In this document: positions 1 through 11,055 of the stretch, one piece after another
Numbering within the stretch: the first letter of the stretch is position 1
Layout of the letters: the number at the start of each line of letters is the position of its first letter
Origin: Perna viridis
Taxonomy: Eukaryota
Assembly (NCBI GenBank): GCA_037379345.1
Contig: CM074515.1
Span: forward strand, 47,993,743-48,057,742
Length of the DNA: 64,000 bases
Direction of reading: 5' to 3'
The notes under the pieces: generated by a model
What the model was told of the DNA's origin: nothing
The model's input: the letters and a program-made list of their open reading frames with translations, nothing else
The model's database searches: none
Program-made: the position numbers and the translations under genes

Positions 1-1061
1 TTTATTTCAAAGTATTTAGACACTTCCTGATGGGATAATCATTGTTAATTGGATTTAATTTATTCTGTTATTAGGTAAGTCTGTTTCTGAATGTATTACA
101 TGGTTAAACAGGGCTGTGAAACTAGTGTGTAGCCACATGCACATGGCCTTAATTGTGTTTACCTTTGACCAGATGATGAGAGTTTTGATTGGCTCAATAA
201 TATATTTACATTTGATTGACACCTGCCATGAGGATATTGTCAGTCATGGTCGCCTGGTCTAATTACCTTTAATTGCCTTCTGTCTTAAATTGGTCATAGT
301 CAATTAACTCTGACCAGGTGTCAACACAAAATTAGAGAGAATATCCGTTGCTGATAAACTTCCTGTCAATTTTAATATACAAAACCTAGGCGCCGAGAAA
401 ATCACCAACTGGCTTTTTTTGTTGCCAAATAAAATAGAAAATCACAAATTGCGACATTGGCGAAGCCCAGTGCGACCCCTGACAAGTACTCATTTCCAAA
501 ACTATCGAATATATGGAGCAAAAATCATCATCAAGAGGTTCTACCATGTGCAAGGATGAAGCTGCAGTATATTACACTATATAGGTATTATCAGATTTGT
601 CATACTGCAAAATTTTCTTGGGATTTTTTTATAAGCATTTAATAAATACAGAAAATATTGAAGTATTCAGTTGTCATGAATGTTTATTTCTCGATATGGA
701 CAAACAACTTAGGCCCTTCAGGTAAGTATATGAGTAGTTTTTAAGGTTTTAGGATTTTTCTTCATTTCAAATTCATTTTGGGAAAGAAGAGGTTGCTTTC
801 TGGGCCTGTGACGTACTCTTTGCCAAGTGCAAAATGAAAATGATATTTTCCAAGTGTGACTTTGAATGTTCTTGTTTTGGGTTCCAGTTTACCATCTAAG
901 TATAGGTGATTAATTAATGGTGCATGCATTACCTATTATATCTTATGTTTTACTGTACTCTACCATTTACTAGTCAAATAATAGATCTCACTGTTTTTGA
1001 GAAAGAAGCAATTCTCGTCAATCTGCTCACCAAATATGCATTCATCAATGAAAATCGCTGT

Positions 1062-1819
1062 TAGTCCGAATTTCCTCTGACCCTGCAACCCTCCTCTTTT
1101 TTATTTGGATATTGATATGTTGGGTTGGGGTCAGAACGATGTGCCGTACAAAAAGTTGGAGATTTAGCGGTACCATGGAGTATTGCCCTTAACCGCTTGT
1201 AACGACTTTCAAGTTGAAATTGTGCATGTCACACCTACCTAGTTTGATTCCAGAATCATTTTCCTGTATGCTGATACCAAATTTGCTAGAAAGATAACAT
1301 TTATTATTGAAGTTTCAAAACTTTCCACGAGAGACCCTGTTTTGTTGACATTTTGAATCGTAATAGAGAATAGGACGAGCTTGTTACTTTTGGAACGAAA
1401 GATAGCGGGCACGTAATTTTTCAATGGAATTTTGAAATATTCTGTTATATTCTGGTTTTAAAAATCGTTTCTGTTCCGTTCCGTTCCAAATGTAACAAGC
1501 TCCGCCTACTCTCTATTACGGTACAAAATGTCAACAAAACAGGGTCTCTCGTGCAAAATTATCGAAACTTCAATAATAAATGTTATCTTTCTAGCAAATT
1601 TGGTATCAGCATACAGGAAAATGATTCCGGAATCGAACTAGGTAGGTGTGACATGCACAATTTCAACTTGAAAGTCCTTACAAGCGGTTGAAGGGCGATA
1701 CTCCGCGGTACCACTAAATCTCCAACTTTTTGTATGGCACATCATTCTGACCCCAACCTGACATATCAATATCTAAATAAAAAGGAGGAGGGTTGCAGGG
1801 TCAGAGGAAATTTGGACTA
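1062..1819. mobile_element. Non-autonomous foldback DNA transposon with ~340-bp terminal inverted repeats and 9-bp TSD (Mutator/MULE-like MITE)
   Basis: 1062-~1398 (tagtccgaatttcctctgaccctgcaaccc...) is the near-perfect reverse complement of ~1481-1819 (...gggttgcagggtcagaggaaatttggacta). Flanked by aatcgctgt (1053-1061) and aatcactgt (1820-1828). Long TIR plus 9-bp TSD is typical of MULEs. Confidence 0.85.
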
Positions 1820-2289
1820 AATCACTGTATGATAGCTTATTTTGAGAGCAAATTATCGGCAATCTATTGGACATTTTTTCTTACATGAATTACTTTCTTA
1901 CTAGTGGACGAAAAAATCAGTGGGTGAGAATCACTTGCTGGCAAGAACTACTTATAATCTAGTAAATCATATATACTGTGTTTGTGGTGAGTAGAAAACT
2001 TTCTTTAAATGTTTGATAGTGAAAAGGAGATAAAAGTTCAACAAAATATATAAAAATAGGCCTATTACAAGCCATTTCTTCTTAGCACACATTTCTTTTT
2101 AGTCTTAGTGCTAATAGTAATACCACACAGAATATATGTGGAATCTTGCCAAGTAACCAAATAATTTTCTGTAGAAATTGACGATCAATGGCCTAGAGAA
2201 TGTCTAGTGTTTAGTTGCTAAATATTCAGATTTAGTTTACTTAATACAAAACAGCCAGAACAATCGAATTTACAATAAATATCCTTATA

Positions 2290-2796
2290 TAGTCAACACA
2301 CGGGTGTCAACAATCTCTCGAAGATGGAGAGCTCGCGATCAGCCTTTTCGATCTAAAGTTAAGCAGCGAAAATATTGCAACGAAATATACGACTTGTGTC
2401 TTTGTTGTACATGTTACATATAAATATAGTTATTTAGTGGAAAAGTAAATGCAAAACACCCAAAATAACCTCTAATTAACTTGAAACTGTCAAAACTTCT
2501 AGCCGATGGTCGCCATTTTGATTACGTGATTTCGGAAGTTGTCATAACAACTACATTGTTGACATCGATATTTGTGTTTGTATAAATAAAACGAAATGAA
2601 ATATTCATATTCAACAAAATAAAATGTATTTCCTTTATTGCGCCGATTCTTGAAGTGATAGATATTTCTGCAAGAATAAAAAGATGTAAGTAGATGGAAA
2701 AACGTAGAGAACCTCGAATAAAATTTCGGGTTTCTTGTTTCTATACCCGCAGCTAACGTTGGTGTTAATTTTTACCCCCTTTGTTTTATTCGGACA
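2290..2796. promoter_or_regulatory. CpG-enriched promoter/5'UTR region of TEN1, possibly bidirectional
   Basis: Local CpG enrichment in otherwise CpG-poor DNA directly upstream of the TEN1 ATG. Contains YY1-like CGCCATTTTG (2511-2520), ETS-like CGGAAGT (~2533) and TTACGTGA. Confidence 0.45.
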
Positions 2797-2894
2797 ATGC
2801 AGAGCGGTATAAAACATGGGGAACCATTGTTTTTGGACGAAATTGTACGTGATTCCACAAAATTGGATGGATGTTGCGTCAGAGTAAATGGAAG
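2797..2894 (+). CDS. TEN1: TEN1 coding exon 1
   Basis: ATG at 2797, open frame to donor AG|gtaggt at 2894/2895. Missed by the ORF track because it is short. Confidence 0.88.
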
Positions 2895-5800
2895 GTAGGT
2901 ATTGAAAATAGTTTTTTTTCTGTATTATTTTCCCGCCAAAAACTTTTTTGGTACGTGGGTGTGTTTGCCATATTTCTCAACACCATTGACTTGATAAACT
3001 TTTGACGAGCAATACAACGAGTTCAGTGTTAATGGTCAAAAAATCTACTGCAATTTTTAATTGACTATATATATTCATATGTGTTTACTACATGTATATC
3101 ATGGATATAGGCAGAGACGTATGGCAAGCCAAAGTGAACAAAAATGAGCATTTTCTAATGTTAAAAAATGATTTTTGAATATTACAAATTCATTGTCTAA
3201 TATTACAAATTAGATTTCTTATATCACAAAACACTTTTTTTTATATTAAAAAGTCATTTTTAATATTAAAAATTCCATTGAATATTTAATATTAACAAAC
3301 TATTTTTTGATATTAGAAATTGATTTTGTAATATTAAAAAATGTGACTGATTTTCTAATATTACAAATTCATTTTCTAATATTACAAATTCATTTTCTAA
3401 TATTACAAATTCAATTTGTAATATTACAAAATGTGTGATATTTTATAATGTTACTGAATCAGGAATTTGTAATATTAGATAATGAATTTTTTAATATTAC
3501 AAAATCAATTTCTAATATTAAAAAAATGATTTTGTAATATTAAAAATTCATTTTCTAATATTACAACATATTGATTTTTGTCCACTTTGGCTTGCCATAG
3601 AGACGTGTAATCATAACCCTGTAATCAGTTACAGACCTATTATATTATACACATGTATATTTTATGTTTCTGATATAGAGCCTATGGCCAGTATTTGAAA
3701 GTTCTTACTTGTGTTGTCCTTCGTTTTTTTTTTTTTTTTATGAAAAATGGCTGGGTCGTGGATTTTCTTTTTGATACGGGTTGCTAGACCACCAGGAGGC
3801 GTATCCAGACAGGTTCTAGGGTAAGGAGCCAGGGTTGCGTTTACAAGTAATCTCAGAGTGGAGCGAGACGCGAATTATTTTGGGTGTAACTAAAAATCCA
3901 AATTTCAATGGATTTTTTTCCATTTGGGGGGTGGGGGTATAGGTCGGGCAGGTGACTGACCTGTTGAATCTGCTCCTGATGTTTCATTATATAATTTCCC
4001 TGTTGAACTGCCTGACAACTTAACAGACAGGGACTCACAATTCTAATGCAATTCAGCAGGACTGAAATGAGCAACAATTTCTGTTATGACACATATAACG
4101 AGACACAGACGCGAGTTTGTTCCCAATGGTAAACATTTACAGGCGGTTTGACAGGGTTTCAAAATTCAAGGCGAATTGATGTCGGTAACCGTTATCTTTC
4201 GAAAGAACTTAAGCCGAGAACAACACATCTTACGTGCGTAATAGTCGGTGATTAAGCGTTAAATTTGTTAAACAAATATTTCAGTCGATCAAAGTTGCAG
4301 TTATATTTTTGCAGAAAAGGACGTGCGGATGTTATTGTGTTGTCTGTGAAGAGACCACAGAAGCGGCAAAATTAATATATGTTAACGACTTCTTGCACTT
4401 GTAATTTCAGTACTTGACATTCGCATTTGGTTTACATATTTATATATATTACTACTCCTCATTAAGCTGCTGATCGGAGCCGTGTTTACCGCCATAGCTT
4501 CACATTTCTAGCTTCATACGAGAGTACCTCTTAAATATCATACACACGTGTTCTACGTCTGTTTTTTGCTTGTATGAGAAAGGGAAATTTATCAGAATAT
4601 AATAGCATTAAAACTTATGATTTTTCAACACTGTATGCTTCTATTCCACATACTCAGTTGAAATCCCGACTTAAAAACATTATACATCGTTGTTTTTCCA
4701 AAAAAGATGGTACACCTAGATACAAATGTATAGTTCTTGGTAGAGATTCCTCATACTTTGTAAGAAATAATTCCAAATCATCTTCCTAATATACAGAAGA
4801 AGATTTTTACAAAATGCTGGAATTTTTAATTGACAACATATTTGTCCAGTGTGGTGGACGCGTTTTTCAACAAACGGTCGGCTTTCCAATTGGAACAAAT
4901 TGTGTACCTCTACTTGCTGACCTATTCCTTCACTCTTATGAGGCTGACTTTATAGCTAATCTGATCCGAAAGAAAGAATATCGTTTAGCTAGATCCTTTA
5001 ATCTCAGTTTCCGCTATATAGATGACGTATTATCTTTAAACAATCCTAATTTTGGGGATTTGATACATCGCATCTATCCCAAAGAACTTGAGATAAAGGA
5101 TACTTCAGACACTGTGAAGTCAGCCTCATATCTTGACCTACACTTAGAAATCGATGGTAAAGGAAAACTATTGACCAAACTTTACGACAAACGTGATGAC
5201 TTTTCATTCAAAATTGTCAACTTTCCTTTCATCCGTGGCAACATCCCTTCAGCACCTGCGTATGGAGTGTTCATATCACAACTCATACATTATGCCAGAG
5301 CTTGCCGAGACTACGCCGACTTTTTGTATCGCGTTAGAGCTCTAACAAATAGGCTTCTGGAGCAGAGTTATGTTGCTACAAGATTGAAGTCATCACTACT
5401 TAAGTTTTATGGTCGTCATCATGAACTCATGGATCGTTATGGTGTATCCATCTACGCCATGAAAACGTATTCAACGTTTTCCTTTCCTCTTTCGTCTACC
5501 CCGGAATTGACTTTTATGAGCAAATCGGCGGGTGTTTCTAGAAAAGCATAGGACGCTTACCCTACCGATGAACCTGGTCCATGATCCCAGTTTTTAGTGG
5601 AGTCCGAGTTGCTCATTTGCTTTTGTTACTTTGTATGAATGATTTTAGTTACTTTATGTTCTTTGTTGTGTATGTCTGGTCTTTGTCCCTGGATTACATT
5701 CTTTTGATTACCGCTATAACCTTGGTTCCCTTGATTACTCTTACATTAAAAGATGAAATGATCGGTACGCATTGAACATTACCCAGTTTCTGATTCAGAC

Positions 5801-7138
5801 ACAGGGGCTCGTTACAATCGACTCTATAGGTCATATACATTATCAGGGCCCCGATATAGCCTTGGCAGTTTCACTGGTCAGTATCGTATGCGACCCAAAG
5901 ATCGCTAAAAATTTTAGAGAAAATTGTAGAACGATAACATTACCCGCATTTCCTGGTCAGGGACGGGTGCAGGTGAGGGCGTTTCAAAGAAACAAAAAAA
6001 CTATTGTAATAGCTTGATCTGGTTTCCTTTTACCGATTCTCGTAATTAAGCCTCCCTTTCATAAATCATGGATCCGCGCTTGCTGGTAACCGGTTGTTTT
6101 GATTGAAAAACAAGGGGAACCAAAATTCTAGCGGAGGTCACCCGATTTTGAGCATATCGCATTCGTGCCATTCCGGATGTTGAAAGCAAGCCAGAATCAG
6201 TAGCATAGAATGCTAAGTATTTTACAATTGGCGACTTTGGAGACTTCAGTCTTTCATTTTCTTTTTTCGCCAATCGACATACTAGTATAAAATATAAACA
6301 AGCCTGAGCCAGTCGAAAATTTAATAGCTTATTCCCTGTAACACGACAGCCTTGCTCTCACGGGCTTGCACTGTGGATTTATTTATAGTTGGATAGTGTA
6401 ATATTTACCATTAAAAACTGCTTCTGATGTACAAGCATCGTAAAGTTTTGTTTTTAATACGTTTTGTATGTTTTTCACACGTATCTTGTTTTTTTTTTTA
6501 CATTATCGGAGGTGACAATTCATTACTAGCCGAAAGGATTGTCATCCACGTATGTTAATATTTAGCGATTGAAATCCTTCTGACTTGACCATTATGCTAC
6601 GGAAACACAAAGTTACACGTGATTTAGATTTGATTGCATAAGTTTTCTTTTTACACATATCCTGAAAATGACATTTAGGTACATGTAGTGTACAGAGTAT
6701 ATTGGAATGTTTTAGTCTTTAGAACCCAACCTTTTGTAAAGACATTTAAATGAAAAAAAAACCCTAGAATCCTTCACATTCTAATATATTACGCCGTGAA
6801 GGGAAAACTCACTTCAACTCTCTTCTAACTGTTTTAATAAGACAAGACTGTCCTTTTAATTTATTTTCAGACTAGAGCAGCACGACTTCGGAACTTGCCA
6901 AGCCGTCCTTACAGACCCGTCGACAGGGTGTTCCATAATAGTTAACACATCTTTGATAGAACCCTTAGAGGAAGTCGGCTCGTTGTTTCAGCTGATCGGA
7001 GAATTATCTTGTACAACGGGGGCGGCCATCTTGAATGCCCGTTTGATTAGATGTATTGACGGAATGGACCTTCTTCTTTACAGAAAAGCCCTAGAACTTC
7101 AAAGACAGTACTTTAAAGAAAGACCGAAACTATTATAA
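2797..7138 (+). CDS. TEN1: CST complex subunit TEN1 (2 exons: 2797-2894, 6871-7138; 121 aa)
   Basis: Spliced product MQSGIKHGEPLFLDEIVRDSTKLDGCCVRVNGRLEQHDFGTCQAVLTDPSTGCSIIVNTSLIEPLEEVGSLFQLIGELSCTTGAAILNARLIRCIDGMDLLLYRKALELQRQYFKERPKLL matches the TEN1 pattern as recalled (R.FGRL..., V.T.LVEP...GSLY..LGEL, ARVL.CVEGMNL.L...A...QR.Y) and its ~120-aa size. Canonical AG|gtaggt donor and ttattttcag| acceptor, phase 2. Confidence 0.92.
3121..3598. mobile_element. Non-autonomous TIR element filled with ~20-bp AATATT-core minisatellite units, in the TEN1 intron
   Basis: TIRs atggcaagccaaagtgaacaaaaat / atttttgtccactttggcttgccat. Perfect flanking duplication agagacgt (3113-3120, 3599-3606). Interior made of attttctaatattacaaattc-like units in both orientations. 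Confidence 0.85.
4570..5743 (+). mobile_element. 5'-truncated Penelope-like retroelement (probably Naiad/Chlamys type): RT plus thumb pseudo-ORF and 3' UTR
   Basis: ORFs 4574-4789 and 4814-5551 are in the same frame, separated by one TAA. Motifs TYDFSTLYASIPH, QQTVGFPIGTNCVPLLADLFL, FRYIDD, ASYLDL, LYDKRDDF, YGVFISQL. No GIY-YIG downstream of the RT, consistent with the permuted (N-terminal endonuclease) clade. The 3' part is repeated at 45354-45666. Confidence 0.88.
6871..7138 (+). CDS. TEN1: TEN1 coding exon 2
   Basis: Acceptor ttattttcag at 6861-6870. Frame is continuous into ORF 6953-7138 (IEPLEEVGSLFQLIGEL...ARLIRCIDGMD), stop TAA. Confidence 0.92.
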
Positions 7139-7424
7139 TGACTATTTATGAAATTGTAGCTATTCGTTGAATGTTAACACATGAGATACGTAAATTATAC
7201 ATCTTTAACTTTGCTATATAGAATTTGGACTACAGATAGATATACAGGTCCAAATGTGTTGACTGAATGTATTTTGAAATGATTTTAACATATTTGTTTG
7301 ATTTATGCAGTTCAACAACATTAAGTTGAACTGCTGAGCATGATTTGAATCTTTTCAATTAAGACAATCTATGTGACTGTGTTCTTTTAAGTCGTAATGC
7401 TGTTGACTTTATTTATTAAAAAAT

Positions 7425-7430
7425 AATAAA
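7425..7430 (+). terminator. Candidate TEN1 polyadenylation signal
   Basis: AATAAA ~290 nt after the stop codon, preceded by a T-rich UTR. Confidence 0.45.
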
Positions 7431-7544
7431 GTAAAAAGTTCTCGTTCTCTACAACTAAACCTAACTTTTTCATGGGCATATTCAAATCAACCTTTTCATC
7501 CATCATCATATTTTGTGGAAACAAAACAATGAATGATGGACAGC

Positions 7545-8100
7545 GTAAGTGACAAGGATATAACTAACATGGTAGTGTCATTTTTTCATGTCTGTTATCA
7601 TTCCTTCAGCGCCTGTGTATGGAGTTAAACATATCACAACTCTTACTTTGTGCCAGGGCCTGTCGAAGCTACATGAATTTTTTGTTCAACTACATGCAGA
7701 CAAGCTATTCCAAATAGGAACGAGGTTATGTTGCTGGAAGACTTCAATCGTCACTTGAAAGGTTTTACAGTCGACACCATGAACTCATCCATGCTTGTTT
7801 TATGGTGTGGCCAGCTAACCATGGGGCCAGAATTTGTTTACAAATTAATGTTTTGTTTCTCTTTCGTTTCCAAACCCGAATATGACATGTGAGCGATTTG
7901 GATAGAGGGTTTCTAAAACGTGTTATTTACACAACCAGTGCGCCTGGCTATACTCGGGTTGCTCTCGGTATATTCCTTTGTGTGTGTTAATTCATTTGGT
8001 TAATTTGTGTTACATTCTATTTATATTGTGTTTCCTTTTTTCTTGGTCCAATCTGAACATCCTCTTTCTTACTCTAATTATAGTCTCCTTGTGTTTACTC
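7545..8100 (+). mobile_element. Old degenerate 3' fragment of a related Penelope-like element
   Basis: ccttcagcgcctgtgtatggagtt..atatcacaactc aligns to ~5236-5284. 7721-7790 reads RGYVAGRLQSSLERFYSRHHELI versus QSYVATRLKSSLLKFYGRHHELM in the 4814 ORF. Ends ctccttgtgtttactc, similar to ttcccttgattactc. Confidence 0.75.
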
Positions 8101-9567
8101 CCAATGATAAGCTTGCCCTATATTACTGCATTGGTTTTTGTCACGTGCTTTTGATACTTATTATATGTTAAATGTTTGAAAAGAGTAAGAACAGGGGCCT
8201 TACAGTATTCGTCATAAAAATTTGGTCTGGGAAGAACCCGGGGTTAGACATGGTAAGGTATGCACATATTTTATAGTGACTGTTTTCAAAAGAGTCCAAG
8301 TAATAAATTTTTAAAATTCAAAGGTGAAAAAAAATATGCCAATTTTCCTCAACTTGAAGAAAGACATTTTTAGCAAACGCACTAAAAATACGTTCATTTT
8401 GAAAGTGCATTAAAATACCTGCTGAGTTCAGACGCTAAGTTTTGAGTTTTTGGTTACGATAATAACAATCATAGATGGGAATTTTCAGTATTTCATATTT
8501 TCTTCCAATTAACATGTTTGGCATTTGTTTTAATAAGCTCTATCCTTTTGGCAAAAATTTGAATCATTGGAAATATAATGCACCTGGAAATCATGATGTT
8601 GCGGGGTTGTGGTGTACAATGCAACCTCTAAGTCTATGCATAGGGACTTAATTCAAATTAAATAGAGGAACTGTATCGCTGCAATTGTCTTGTGACCTTT
8701 TTTGCTGACTATAGAAATGTATTTAGTTCTAATTCTATCAAATAGATCACAGGCCAGTATAAGCCTGTGAACTTATTGTTAAGGAGCAAGGTACACTCAA
8801 ACTTAATGATTCACTTGATTGTGTCATCCAGTACTTTGAGTATTTGTCTCCATTTTTGTTTTTGTGATTGCCCAGCTAGTGTCAGGTAAACTTTTTGCTC
8901 AAAGGTTACCTATATCTTCTGGTCTAATCTCCCTTGTAGATGCATTTCTGTGATTTAAAACGGGTTAGTTCTTTCTATTTATCTACTCGAATAGCTTCCT
9001 TTTCACAGAAATTGAACTGATGGCCTCCTTATATTAATTCTTAAACAATCTTAAAGCAGCACAAATTTTAATTAAACAACTTTTGACAACATGTATAACA
9101 AAGTATTTCATGTACATACTTAAGGAAAGTAAAAAACACGGACACAATGCTTTGAAATGGTTTTCTCGTATAAAGGGGTTTACTTCAGTATTTGAGCTTG
9201 CATTGTATGTTAAGGCGAAATAAAATTATTAGGCACATGTTCGGGTTTCTTTGGCATACATAAGTCTCTGCATCGGTTTAAGTCTGAGCACAAATAGAGG
9301 GTAATACGATAGCGTATAACCTGTGGTATTGAGCATGCATGTCTTCCGGTTCAAGTAGTCTGTTCACCATTTGATATAAAGATTAAGATATACAAAATTC
9401 ATTTTAATATACATTGGAACTATACGTACAGAAATGCCTGGCTTAACTGGTGTATATGTCATGAATGTTTGTGCCTTAATAAATGTTCTACGTTTTTTAT
9501 CCTCTCTCTGGTAATAACAGTTTGGGTCAGAATCTATAAGATAAAGGACCAACCATTTGTAGAATTA

Positions 9568-11055
9568 TTAAAGAATGAGAGTAATGGGTACTTCATTGGG
9601 CATTTCTTCCTTGGTGTTCTTGTGTTTTAGCCCTTTTAGTCTTTCTATCTCCGGTATAATCCCAACTCCACAAGTGAATTTGTGTTCTTTCTGTGTACCA
9701 GACCCTTGGTTGTTTGACTTTTTTTGTTCATGATTCGGTGTTTTGTTTAAATGCATTTCTGGTTCCTTTTTTGACCCGGAATCGCTTTTATCTAAGCCTA
9801 AATCTGGTATAAATCCTGCGTTTTCATAGGAATTGAATTTCAATGCCTTTTCTAAACCTGGGTTTTTTTTTCCAATCTTCCTCGAAGATATGTTATATTT
9901 AGCTTCCCAATTTTGAATAAGGTCTGCGTCTCGAATCTGTTCGTAGTTGTGCTCTTCGTCTGTTGTGTCGTCTGATTCGCTGTTTGATCGGTTCCAAGTT
10001 ACGAGTTTTTGAGGACCTTTATTCGCCAATGCCGAGCTACTGATTAAATCTGTATAAATATTCTCAATTCTGTTCTTTAGAATGGGTCGAATCCTGACAG
10101 ACGATCGCGGAAGTGTTGATGACTTTCGTGCAGCCTCTCTCTGAGAACCAGTTGTCCCTTCAGATATGTCTGGGTCGATGTTTTGTTGTGCTGAAACAGT
10201 TATTCTATCGAGAGTATGTCTCTTGTTTTTATTAGCAAGTATGCGGGTTCTGTCAAAATTTAACATTAGTCGTTTTGTTTCATTTTGTTTCACCGGCTCC
10301 TGGTCATCTTCATTCGGCATTGCTTCGTTTTCAGGGATCGTTTTGTAACACATGGGCAGACTTCCATATTTGAAGTTAGTAGGGATCTCTTCTTTTCCGA
10401 CCTCTTTGTTGTTCGTTGCCTGGTTCTTGACATTTTCCAAAAGAGTCCATGGATAAATCATCTGGTTGTTTTTCAAGGCACCTGGGGATTTTATCTGGAC
10501 TTCTGAATCAATACCATTGCATTCCCAGATCGTGTAATAGTCGGTCTCGGAATCAGACGAATTGCTTTCGTCATCACCAGTAAGCCACTTGCTCTCTGCA
10601 TCAGTTGTTGACTCCCCAACGTGCATCCTTGGTAAAGTAATGCCACGTTCCTTCAGGTAATGGTGTTGGTTTTCCGACAGTTCATGCAAATGTCTTGAAG
10701 TCAGGTCAGTTCCGCGTAGACTACCAAACACTGGCAGTGGTTTCCGCTTAGGAGCAGCACGTTCTGGTTGCAGTGAGCTGAATCTGTTAGTAAAGGTCGG
10801 TCTCCCAGTAATCAAACCTGCTCTTTTTTGACGGAACGAAAAGTTATCCTGCTTTTGTGGTTTTGGTTGACCAAACGGCATCATAGAGGACATACAGCCA
10901 CCAGGATATCCCGAAAGCTTAACATGGATGTGCAGGTCACGGTTGCAGCATGGTAATCCACATGTATGTCCCGGAGGACTGTGTGCAAATGGTACTGCAT
11001 CTGAGAAGTAATAGTTGCTTTGGTGGAGTTTAGCTTCGAATTCTTTGGATTTTAT
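9568..11055 (-). CDS. Large terminal coding exon (495 aa, low-complexity, Tyr-motif rich); probable alternative last exon of the echinoid-like gene
   Basis: ORF 10893-9568 extends upstream without stops to acceptor ttttatcattaacag| at 11055 (phase 0: IKSKEFEAKLHQSNYYF...). 1488 nt open in AT-rich DNA with higher GC than the flanks. Motifs ENIYTDL, HNYEQI, SYENAGF; ends ITLIL. Confidence 0.75.
   Translation of the reverse strand: MKSKEFEAKLHQSNYYFSDAVPFAHSPPGHTCGLPCCNRDLHIHVKLSGYPGGCMSSMMPFGQPKPQKQDNFSFRQKRAGLITGRPTFTNRFSSLQPERAAPKRKPLPVFGSLRGTDLTSRHLHELSENQHHYLKERGITLPRMHVGESTTDAESKWLTGDDESNSSDSETDYYTIWECNGIDSEVQIKSPGALKNNQMIYPWTLLENVKNQATNNKEVGKEEIPTNFKYGSLPMCYKTIPENEAMPNEDDQEPVKQNETKRLMLNFDRTRILANKNKRHTLDRITVSAQQNIDPDISEGTTGSQREAARKSSTLPRSSVRIRPILKNRIENIYTDLISSSALANKGPQKLVTWNRSNSESDDTTDEEHNYEQIRDADLIQNWEAKYNISSRKIGKKNPGLEKALKFNSYENAGFIPDLGLDKSDSGSKKEPEMHLNKTPNHEQKKSNNQGSGTQKEHKFTCGVGIIPEIERLKGLKHKNTKEEMPNEVPITLIL

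Noticed and set aside
60-730. Strong + strand donor-like sites (taggtaagt at ~72, caggtaagt at ~719)
   Set aside because: No convincing coding exon or matching acceptor chain could be built.
1239-1424. 61-aa ORF
   Set aside because: Lies in the arm of a non-autonomous foldback element; no transposase motifs.
3780-4520. CpG-rich segments in the TEN1 intron (also 5760-6380, and 385-482 upstream)
   Set aside because: Look like decayed DNA-transposon fragments, but ends and TSDs could not be defined; the ORFs have no recognisable motifs.
4787-4789. Selenocysteine read-through of the RT
   Set aside because: The stop is TAA, not TGA; best explained as a nonsense mutation.
5581-5775. Hydrophobic ORFs here and at 45426-45752 and 45491-45673
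   Set aside because: Translations of the T-rich PLE 3' UTR; their similarity reflects the repeat, not a protein.
10166-10506. + strand ORFs, and similar ones at 22119, 37600, 42785 and 47590
   Set aside because: Antisense shadows of real minus-strand exons.
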